Below, piece by piece: positions 55,970 through 64,000 of a stretch of DNA of 64,000 nt; the stretch's first letter is position 1; each line of letters starts with the position of its first letter. Made by a program: the position numbers and the translations under genes. Source of the DNA: Trypanosoma brucei (lineage: Eukaryota); the NCBI GenBank assembly GCA_000002445.1, contig CH464491.1:608001-672000 (forward strand), in the 5' to 3' direction. Below the pieces are notes generated by a model that had not been told where the DNA came from, made no database searches, and saw only the letters and a program-made list of their open reading frames with translations.

Positions 55970-58711
55970 ATGTCTCTTAGCGCCTTACGGTCCAAACGCA
56001 CCGTAAATGATATTTGGCCTGTCCGTTACAAACGTTTTTTTGTATTGACGGACCCTCAGAATATCATAGGAGAAACCACCGACGGACTGGCAACACTCAC
56101 AACCATTTCTTATCTACTGGAAAGGGAAGCTGCTGTTGTGGTTGCCTCATCCTTTGGCGACTTGAAGGGCATTCCTCTCAGTTTTTCAAGGGGACAGCGT
56201 GAGGAGGCGATTGAAATATTTCGAACTGAGGGTGGCATGGGATACACCAACTACTTCAACTCGCTTCCCATAAACCTCAAGGCAGAGGTTCTCAAGGTCG
56301 CAAACGGATGCGAAACACCCGTGGATTCCGTAACCCTATCTCCTGTGGAAGTAAATGGTGCATTTGCAGCGCTTTCCATACGTCAAAAGGCTGCTGCTCT
56401 TCACAATGTGTTTCCACGAGTGGAATTTTCTCAGTGCTCGACTTATGCCTTCGTGCGTGAACTCACCAATCGTTTCCCCACTGTCCCTGTGAAATTCTCT
56501 CCCGATCCGCTGAATGCCCCGATCAGTCAGCTGAAGCCGGGGGAAATACTGGTGCTTGAAAATTTAAAGTTTTACCAAAATGAAATTTCACCGAACCATG
56601 AAGAGCGTGTGGCGATGGCTGAGGTTTTGGCGTCCTACTGTGATTACTGTGTTAATGAATCCTTCGCAACAGTGTGTGCCGTCCACGCCAGTAACACCGA
56701 GTTACCCAAGATCCTCTACCATGGTGCTGCTGGTTTTTCCATGGAAAAGGAACTCGCCTTCTTCCTCAGCTTCCTCGCCCACCCTCCTCGTCCCATTGTT
56801 GTTGTTGTGGCCGGAAGGCAGTCCTCAAAAAAACTCCGTATGATTCGCAGTTTGGTTGGAAAAGTTGATAAGATTCTTGTGGCGGGTGCGTTGATCATGC
56901 CTTTCCTAGCAGCTAAGGGCCTTACAACTGACAAGTCTTTCAACAACTCCGAACGGGTGGAACGAAGGCGGCTGAATGAAGCCGCCGAAGTGGAGGAGCT
57001 GTCGGTACCTTGTGTTGGGTTTGCTCAAGAAATTATCACATTGTGTGAGAAAAACGGCGTTGAGTTGGTTTTCCCCGTGGACCACGTCGTGACAAGGAGG
57101 ATCACAAAAGCTACGGAGGACTCTGCGGCTATTGTTGAGTCAATTGCGGTCCCTTCGGATGTCTATGCTGTGGATTGCAGCGCGAACACGATCGCACTTT
57201 TTACGAAGTGTATTCGCCCTTGTCAGTGTGTCTTCTGGACTGGAACCTTTGGCTGCACGAGAATGGGCTATTCCGAGGGAACATATGCCTTCGCTAGGGC
57301 TCTGGCGCAACAAGGGAAGCTTTCTATTGTCAGTGGCAACAGTACGGCTTGTGTGGTACGGCAACTAGGGCTAACTTCCCAGTTCTCGCACATCTCAAGT
57401 GGCGGCAGCACGTGCCTGGATGCGTTACAGGGGCACCACCTTCCTGGTGTAGAGATGCTTTCTGATATTCCTGTGGCAGTGGACGTCAGGAGTTGCATAC
57501 TAGCAGACGATCTTCTCCGAAGCTTACCCCTCTTCTCGAACTGCTCTTCACACCAACTTAAGGCGGTAGCGCAGAAGTTTGTGCGGCGAGTCCATGCCTG
57601 TGGTGATTACCTGACGTATTATGGGGACAAGCACGCATGCATGTGGGTTGTTGCGAGCGGTGGGCTGGTGGCCCGGAGTGGTGACACCACACTAACTCTC
57701 CCTTCGCGTTATATCGGACGGGGACAGACGGTTGGTATGTACGGTTTCATCACTCAAAGCTTTGCAACAGATACAATTCAAGCGGCCGAAGACGAAACGG
57801 TCACATACCAGCTGACATTCTCCTCCCTCCAAGATCTCTTCAACGAGCAATCGGACCTTGCAGCGCAGCTCCTCCAAAACGTGTCAGAAACATTGCGGGT
57901 CATGGCAATTGAGGAGTATCGTGAACAGAGCTCTATTATGAACGTGCTGAGGCGTGCGGCTTTGTGCTCTCGGTTTCCCACATTCCTTGCTATACCAAAG
58001 GATTGGGGTTTCATGGAAGACGTCATTCAGGATATCATTTCGGGCACCGTGCTGAGTGGAATAACTCAAATATGCACGGGGCAAACGGCACTTTCCTCGC
58101 CTCGGACGTTTTCATTGGGTCTGGGTTCATCTACTTCCAGAGGTCACATGGTCCACTGCCTTTGCCGAGTAGTATTACGCGATTTGCTGTACCACAAGCT
58201 TATCGAGTACGGCATAATGCCTGCCACCTGCATTTCCTCCATTATTCTTTCCCCGTTTCGACTGAGGGCAATGGGTATGATGTGGAGCGATGTTACGTGC
58301 AAAGCCATGTTGGATGAAGCGCTGCTGTTGGCTGTTGAAATGTGCTCCCCTATTGCTGCGCACGGTACATTTCTTGTGGTGCAGCGCCGAATCGAAGTAT
58401 TACTGAGGCGGAAATGCGCCACCATCGTCAAGTTCTTCCTCACTGCACTGGTTGACGTCGGGTTTGGGTTCGTGTTGTTTCCGCTGACGTTTCACCGCCG
58501 TACAAGCGAAGCCATATCGCTTCCTGACCTTTTCCGTTCCAGTGTTTTTAAGCGTCACCAATGGAAAGTAGTGCTGCTTCTGGTATTACGGTGTGTGGTG
58601 CATGTGCTTTTGAATGGCGTCCGCAGAGTTCATAGGTTTTGGGTGATTAAGAGAAAATCCGAAAGTGGCTGCAACCTGACACCACAGCGGTTGCCCCGAG
58701 TAACAAAATAG
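55970..58711 (+). CDS. phosphoglycerate kinase-like protein (probable pseudoenzyme) with a cNMP-binding-like domain and C-terminal transmembrane segments
   Basis: The first ~430 aa are collinear with PGK: ILVLENLKFYQNE versus ENLRFHxEE; VNESFATVCAVHASN versus VNDAFGTAHRAHSS; AAGFSMEKELAFFLSFLAHPPRPIVVVVAG versus AGGFLMKKELxYFxKALExPERPFLAILGG; HISSGGSTCLDALQG versus HVSTGGGASLELLEG. Substrate-binding basic residues are replaced (SHLGRP becomes SSFGDL; the Arg of TAHRAH is lost). A CAP-family-like segment follows (LFSNCSSHQLKAVAQKFVRRVHACGDYLTYYGDKHACMWVVASGGLVAR). The C-terminus has two hydrophobic helices (LTALVDVGFGFVLFPLTF and WKVVLLLVLRCVVHVLL). Confidence 0.78.
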   Translation: MSLSALRSKRTVNDIWPVRYKRFFVLTDPQNIIGETTDGLATLTTISYLLEREAAVVVASSFGDLKGIPLSFSRGQREEAIEIFRTEGGMGYTNYFNSLPINLKAEVLKVANGCETPVDSVTLSPVEVNGAFAALSIRQKAAALHNVFPRVEFSQCSTYAFVRELTNRFPTVPVKFSPDPLNAPISQLKPGEILVLENLKFYQNEISPNHEERVAMAEVLASYCDYCVNESFATVCAVHASNTELPKILYHGAAGFSMEKELAFFLSFLAHPPRPIVVVVAGRQSSKKLRMIRSLVGKVDKILVAGALIMPFLAAKGLTTDKSFNNSERVERRRLNEAAEVEELSVPCVGFAQEIITLCEKNGVELVFPVDHVVTRRITKATEDSAAIVESIAVPSDVYAVDCSANTIALFTKCIRPCQCVFWTGTFGCTRMGYSEGTYAFARALAQQGKLSIVSGNSTACVVRQLGLTSQFSHISSGGSTCLDALQGHHLPGVEMLSDIPVAVDVRSCILADDLLRSLPLFSNCSSHQLKAVAQKFVRRVHACGDYLTYYGDKHACMWVVASGGLVARSGDTTLTLPSRYIGRGQTVGMYGFITQSFATDTIQAAEDETVTYQLTFSSLQDLFNEQSDLAAQLLQNVSETLRVMAIEEYREQSSIMNVLRRAALCSRFPTFLAIPKDWGFMEDVIQDIISGTVLSGITQICTGQTALSSPRTFSLGLGSSTSRGHMVHCLCRVVLRDLLYHKLIEYGIMPATCISSIILSPFRLRAMGMMWSDVTCKAMLDEALLLAVEMCSPIAAHGTFLVVQRRIEVLLRRKCATIVKFFLTALVDVGFGFVLFPLTFHRRTSEAISLPDLFRSSVFKRHQWKVVLLLVLRCVVHVLLNGVRRVHRFWVIKRKSESGCNLTPQRLPRVTK

Positions 58712-59069
58712 AGGGTATTAACGCATATTTCAGGAAAAAACACATGCCCAAACCCAGAAAGAGGGGAACTGAGCTCCACAATCTGAATAAAAGGCGATGT
58801 CACAGTTTCTCTCCACTTCATTCACACGAAAGCGTGGTTAGCGATGCGTGGACAATTTGATCTTTTTTCAGCACTTACGTGTGCATGTCCACACTTGAGG
58901 TTATCCATGGAAATTTATGTGTAATTACTGTAGTTTATGGTACGCAGTAATTTCGCGGCGAAGGCTGCCTGAAAGCCTTCTCCGTTGCCTGTTTCAGTGC
59001 AGTTGTTAGCCGAAACAGCAGATATGCCGAAGCCGTTCCTGCGAAATGTTTCACCGGATCACGTAAGAC

Positions 59070-59630
59070 GTGGAACTCAAGCGGAAATTTGACCTTCGTT
59101 TCATCGTGGCAGTAAATTCCTTTACGTCGGAGCATTCCTCCTCCATGGAGGCGTACGTCTATAACACTTTCTGGACTCGATTTGCGCTAAAGGAATATTC
59201 ACTCGACGATTTTGACTGCTACGAAAAGCACTGGACGGTTATGAATTACACCAACCCCGAGGCATTGCTTCAGTTGCATGACCATGACTTTGTGAAAGAG
59301 TTTAACGAGGAATATGCCTCGAGTGGTTACGGTGAAGCAGCATGGGAAAAAATTGCATATCCGAAGATTCTGAAAATGCTTCGTGAAGCATTTGGCATGG
59401 TGGTAACGAGGGGTGGGGATCACAGTCGATGCCGTGCGATGTATGGTGTGGATGTTATGCTACGGACGGAGCGCTGTGTTGAAACGGGCGCTTTGACACT
59501 TGAGCCTTCGTTACTCGAAATCACCTTCAGTCCGGACTGCCGTCGCGCCTGCAAATATCATCCAACGTTCTTCAATGACATTTTCCACACACTTTTCCTT
59601 AGGGATCCAACGAACATGACACCACTGTGA
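59070..59630 (+). pseudogene. tubulin-tyrosine-ligase-like (TTL domain) fragment, missing the N-terminal half; probable relic or truncated gene
   Basis: The ORF opens at GTG directly after an in-frame TAA (59064-59066). It contains the central TTL motif KFDLRFIVAVNS (cf. KFDLRxYVLVTS) and the later YGVDVML...LLEITFSPD motif (cf. YGxDxxxD...LLEVNxSPS). The first ATG (59145) lies downstream of the KFDLR motif. There is no room upstream for the ATP-grasp N-terminal half, because the PGK-like gene ends at 58711. Confidence 0.4.
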
Positions 59631-60015
59631 GCTATTTCATTGGAAACATTTTTCTTCCATCATCATTTATGTTGCATGTGGATTTCCATCAGAACTTTGT
59701 CACAGAGTGGTGTTGCTTAACATCAATTTTGTGTGAACCCAGATATATATGCGTATGTATGTGAATGTGTGTGTTCCCTTATGCCTATGCTTCTACCCTT
59801 TTTCTTTTTCCTTTCAGTAATATCTCAGCTTTCAGGATTACAATCAATAAACAAGCGGACAGAGAGGTGGCTCGGGAGGAAAGCCTTTGCGGACAGTGCG
59901 AATTTCTGATTTTCACGTAATCATTCTTCGGGGAGGGGGAGAGACTGTTATTTACTGTCTATATAAGCGTTGATCCCAAAGTAATAACAGTAAGAAACAT
60001 ATAAGATATATCATT

Positions 60016-60672
60016 ATGGGTTGTGGCGGTTCCAAACCTAACGCGGTAAGCAGAGATGTGGAGGAGAAGGCTCTGTATCTTCGTGGTATCAAAGAATCAA
60101 TCGATAAGGCAGAGGGAAACATGCTTGCCACTCTCCATGCCCTGCAGGCGTTGATGAGATCATATGAATCCACTTCATACTCATTTGTTGAGCTTGCACA
60201 CGGTACGGACGGCAATACATCATTGAAGGCGAAGACATTTGAGTCTGATATGCGGACACTAAAAGACAGTGGCATCATGCCGAAACTGCAAAAGGACCTC
60301 GGCCAGTCCGTCAGTTCCTTGGGAAAAGACATCAGGGCAAAACATGACAAAGCGAATGTGGTGTACAGAGAAATGACACAAGCCAATGACGCGTACTGCA
60401 AGTTGCGCGAGCGAGTTAACGGCATAGAGAAGAGTTACGCCAAAAAAAACAAGCCCGTAAGTGAGTGCCCTTCGTACACAAAGAATTGTAAGGAACGTGA
60501 CGTCTGCTTAGCCAGGTATGAAGGACTTAAAAAAGTTTTCCTGACGTTGGTGGAAGAGCTGAGGACTCTCATCCGTTCCTATGTGACTGCAGGGCTTACG
60601 CGATACGCCTTCTCTACTGCGGATTATGCGCAACAGTTGGTGAATAGTCTCCAGAAGTACAAATCCGAGTAA
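60016..60672 (+). CDS. small hypothetical protein with an N-terminal dual-acylation motif (MGCGGS)
   Basis: ATG at 60016. The N-terminus MGCGGSKPN fits the N-myristoylation consensus (Gly2, Ser6) and has Cys3 available for palmitoylation. The rest is a helical, charged 218-aa protein. Confidence 0.6.
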   Translation: MGCGGSKPNAVSRDVEEKALYLRGIKESIDKAEGNMLATLHALQALMRSYESTSYSFVELAHGTDGNTSLKAKTFESDMRTLKDSGIMPKLQKDLGQSVSSLGKDIRAKHDKANVVYREMTQANDAYCKLRERVNGIEKSYAKKNKPVSECPSYTKNCKERDVCLARYEGLKKVFLTLVEELRTLIRSYVTAGLTRYAFSTADYAQQLVNSLQKYKSE

Positions 60673-62012
60673 TTAGCGCAATGAGCAGAAACATGGACTT
60701 AAGATGCAGTTTTCAGACAGGCAATAAAAAGGGGGAAAGGGAAAAAGGTATACATTAAAAAAAAAAAGAGGAAAGGGGACGTGGGGACGGAAGAAACTGA
60801 TTTTATGTTCGGTTGGGATGGGCGGGTTCCATTCCAGTCCCCCCTAGTAGCGGTGAATTTTTTTTTTTTTTGGAGGAGGGGGGGGACGGGAAAATAAGTC
60901 GTTTAGGTGACAGGTGTGTGGACGAGCCGCCGTGCTTATCATTCACATTTTAAACACGGGTTCTGCCGCATTTAAGTTTCGTTTTGCTTCCGCTTTGGTG
61001 TTCTGAAGGTGATGTTTTTTTTTTCTTATATTTTGACTTATGCAATCGGGATCATTTCCTTTTTTGTTCTCGGTGTATGTGATTTTGTGTTTGGCTTCCT
61101 TTTTTTTTTTTTTTTTCTTTTTTTTTTTGGTGTTTCTTTTTCGAATATCTCTACCCCACTTTTTTTCTGTTTGACACATCGTTTAAGTTGGGCTGTGCGT
61201 TGATGATGAAAAATAGATGCTTACCGCTGCTCTTTCCGGTTTTTTTTTCAGCTCCAACGTTGCCGTTACTTGTTGTAGCATTTGTTCTATTATATTACTA
61301 GAGCTATGAATAGATAAGACATGGGAGTAATCTGCCTAATCTTTACTGTTTTGTTTTGTTTTGGTCCCTGAGTATTAGGCGTGCGTGTGTGCGTGCCCAC
61401 ATATGTATTTAAAAAAAAAAAATAGTAATGAAAGACCTACACCTGTTTGTTCCCTTTCCTCATTGTTTCCTCTTTTTTTTTTCTGAGGCACCTTACAAGG
61501 TTTATGCGAGGGGCAGGTTGTTCATTTCACACGAAAAATCGCTATTATATTAGTAAATAATGTTTGCTGTTTCCACCTCCTGGAAAAAAAAAAGGGAGGA
61601 AAAGATATATGTAACAAAATAAAGTAAGAAAATTAAAAAAAAAACAACCTTCCGAAAATACATACAGAACACGGAACATATCCGTCAGAGAGGAGCTCCA
61701 TTATTGGAACATTCTTTTTCTTGCTTTTTCGTTTATTGCAGTGCTGTTGTTCGACCGTTGCGAATAAAAGTGACTAAAAATATATTCTGTCTTCTTCCAA
61801 CATTTTTCTCGTCTTTCTTTTTTCATTCACATGGGGCACAACATGCTTTACCAACAGATGATATTTCGACGAATCAAAAGACAACAGCGCGTAAGGCACA
61901 TACAACGTTAAGGGCAAGAAAAAAAAAAGGGAGGGGGGGGGCGGAAAGTAAATAAATTGCGGCAGCATTAACCATTTAGCGGTTAAAAAGAAGGAAGTGA
62001 ATAATCAAAAAA

Positions 62013-62037
62013 ATAATAATAATAATAATAATAATAA
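62013..62037. repeat. (ATA)n trinucleotide repeat
   Basis: aataataataataataataataa. Confidence 0.85.
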
Positions 62038-64000
62038 GTAAGGGGAATAAATATGGCATTGATATTAACAACAACAATAATATAATTATTAGTATTATTT
62101 GTGAGCCGCTGCGAAGCAGGTTTCTAAATATAAACTCGCCGTTTCCACGCCGAATTTTCACATGGTGCGCGGACTCATCCGAGGTGTACCCGTGAGGTGC
62201 GGTATTTGCCGTTTAAAACATCCCTCATGTTTCTTTCCCAACTCGTTAAAAAAAATATATATATATAGCCAATGGATTTGCGTAAACTTCTGCAGACATA
62301 TCGCTCACCGCCAAATAATACCGCGGTGCAATTTCTCATACACGTGACTTGTGCTGTCGGGGAAAAGACATTTTTTTATTTTTTTTTGCACACTTCGAAA
62401 AGAAAAAAAAATTTGCGTTACCCGCTACCGCCATTCACGGCGAGGAAGCTGAGTTTGCCAGAAGATCCGTTTTCTTATCCTTTTTATTTTCTTCCCCTTT
62501 TATGTAACTGTTGAAAAACTCATTGTGCCACCTTTGTTATTCTGCAGAACACCAATGCTTCATAAGTCGACTGGGACCTTTTAATTGCTTTTCGAAATAT
62601 GGTGACGTTTTGGTTTCGTTTGCAGCATTGGGGGAGTAGAATAATGGTCATTAACTGAGGGAAAGATGTTGACGCGCTTCTTATGTTCCCTTTGGGCGTA
62701 TACTGCATGGTGATGGGTTTCTTCTTGTTCCAACAACTTGGAGAGCTTTAGAACTCGTCGCACTAGCTTCAAAATTAATAAGTGCGTTTGTTTCCCTTAT
62801 CTGCGACTTTGTCCGCTAATTCATTTTCCTTCATGCCGCAACTAAAAAAAAAAACAAAAAAACAGTAAATTTTGATATCACCGCGTTGCTACTAATGAAC
62901 GTCGGAACTGACCACTATATAACACACACAAAAATATTCCATCTTCCACCCGATGTGGAAGATGCCTTAAGAGAAATAGTGCCTGCCAATGCCTGCGATG
63001 TTATCCACGACGAAGGTTTGTCCTTCATTATTTATTTATTTATTTTAGTAGCCTATTCAACCATACCCCCACCACCACCAATTCCGCACGATAGCTGCTG
63101 CCCAACCTCCCAGCGCCCCTATGCTGTTTTATCCTTTTTTCCCCACCCGATTAAGGCGATGGCGGTCACACCCGGCGAAATCCTTTTCTCAATCCACCTT
63201 CCCCTTTGCAATGTGTGGGTCCTCTTCCCGCCGTCCAGTTCGTTAGCCTTCAAGTCTTCCAGTGCAAATGTTTTGATATAAATTATTGGGATGGGAGGCT
63301 CACCATGTTTTCCTCACGGAAAGGGAAGCCAGTTATCCGTTTCGAACCGCCATCTTTCCGCTGAACTGAGCCGCTTGTGAAGTGTTTTTTTTTTTTGTTG
63401 CAGGGATATGGCCGCATCCACGTATCGGGAAACTGGCCCTCTTTGGCCCTGAGTGTTCCGCAATATTCGATCATCCCTTTGCGCACCACCTTCCCCGCAA
63501 ATTCCCCAGCCGCGGTTCTTCAGCTGTGCTTGCTTATTTGGGCCGAGTGGAAAACCACCCGGCACCTGCACCATAACATATTCTCATTCGAACGGGGCCC
63601 AAACAGAAGGTTCGCGGGGTTTTGCACCCTTGGTTCCTACTGAGCCGGCGCTGTCACCCTTCGTCTTCAGTAAACTTGCCTTTTCACACTAAGCCGTTTG
63701 TTTCGTGTGTTGCGATGTCACTTTTATTGATTGGGAAGCGGGTGCCAGAAGGTTTGGGGGTTTTGCTTCTCTTACCCGCCCCTTCCCGCCACCACGGGAT
63801 ACGGTGAGTTCCGAGCGCACACGCCAAGTGCCGTATAATGTTGCATTCCCCAGTTGCCGGTTCTGTGGCCCGCCCCTCTGACCGCTGGAAAACGTGGTTG
63901 AGTTGTCGCTGCAGTTAATTTTCAGAGACTTCTACATTCCCGCAAGTGCATTCGATTACTTTTTTTCTTTTGTTAATCGGTGTGCTATTCGGCAATGTTG

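Noticed and set aside
63290-63370. A possible tRNA T-arm on the minus strand (ggcggttcgaaacgg)
   Set aside because: The GGTTCGAA-like heptamer is present, but the flanking bases cannot form a 5-bp T-stem or an acceptor stem. No cloverleaf could be built by eye.
1-64000. Looked for CRISPR arrays, restriction-modification or toxin-antitoxin operons, integrases/transposases, phage genes and other prokaryotic defence or mobile-element signatures
   Set aside because: The window is eukaryotic (kinetoplastid-type polycistron). There are no direct-repeat/spacer arrays, no short operonic ORF clusters with RBS spacing, and no recognisable transposase/integrase/reverse-transcriptase ORFs. The only large repeat is the in-frame coding array.

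Overview
This window reads as a nuclear chromosomal segment from a trypanosomatid (kinetoplastid), not a prokaryote. All convincing protein-coding genes are on the + strand, intron-less, and separated by pyrimidine-rich spacers carrying (TA)n, (GT)n and homopolymer runs. This is the layout of a single polycistronic transcription unit with trans-splicing/polyadenylation signals, and no strand switch is visible. The six-frame ORF track uses alternative start codons (TTG/GTG shown as M), so I moved several starts to the first in-frame ATG. Genes I recognise from motifs: a carnitine/choline O-acyltransferase; a cap-binding factor eIF4E; a WD40 protein with a dynein-intermediate-chain-like motif; a BRO1-domain (ALIX-like) protein; a very large repeat protein with 47 near-identical 51-bp repeats; eRF1; an acidic ~1000-aa protein; a strumpellin (WASH complex subunit 5) homologue; MOCS3/Uba4 (E1-like with rhodanese); two paralogous Mex67/NXF mRNA export factors, of which one has an N-terminal CCCH finger; phenylalanyl-tRNA synthetase beta; a phosphoglycerate-kinase-like pseudoenzyme with a cNMP-binding-like domain and C-terminal TM helices; a truncated tubulin-tyrosine-ligase-like fragment; and a small MGCGGS dual-acylation-motif protein. 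This gene order matches what I remember of Trypanosoma brucei chromosome 11 (around EIF4E1, Mex67b, Mex67), but that is recall, not a database result. I find no CRISPR array, no prokaryotic defence or mobile-element system, and no evidence for a novel multi-gene 'system'. The most unusual things here are the 2.4-kb in-frame tandem array, the PGK-like sensor-type pseudoenzyme, the TTL-like relic, a strumpellin homologue in a kinetoplastid, and three unusually long ORF-poor spacers.
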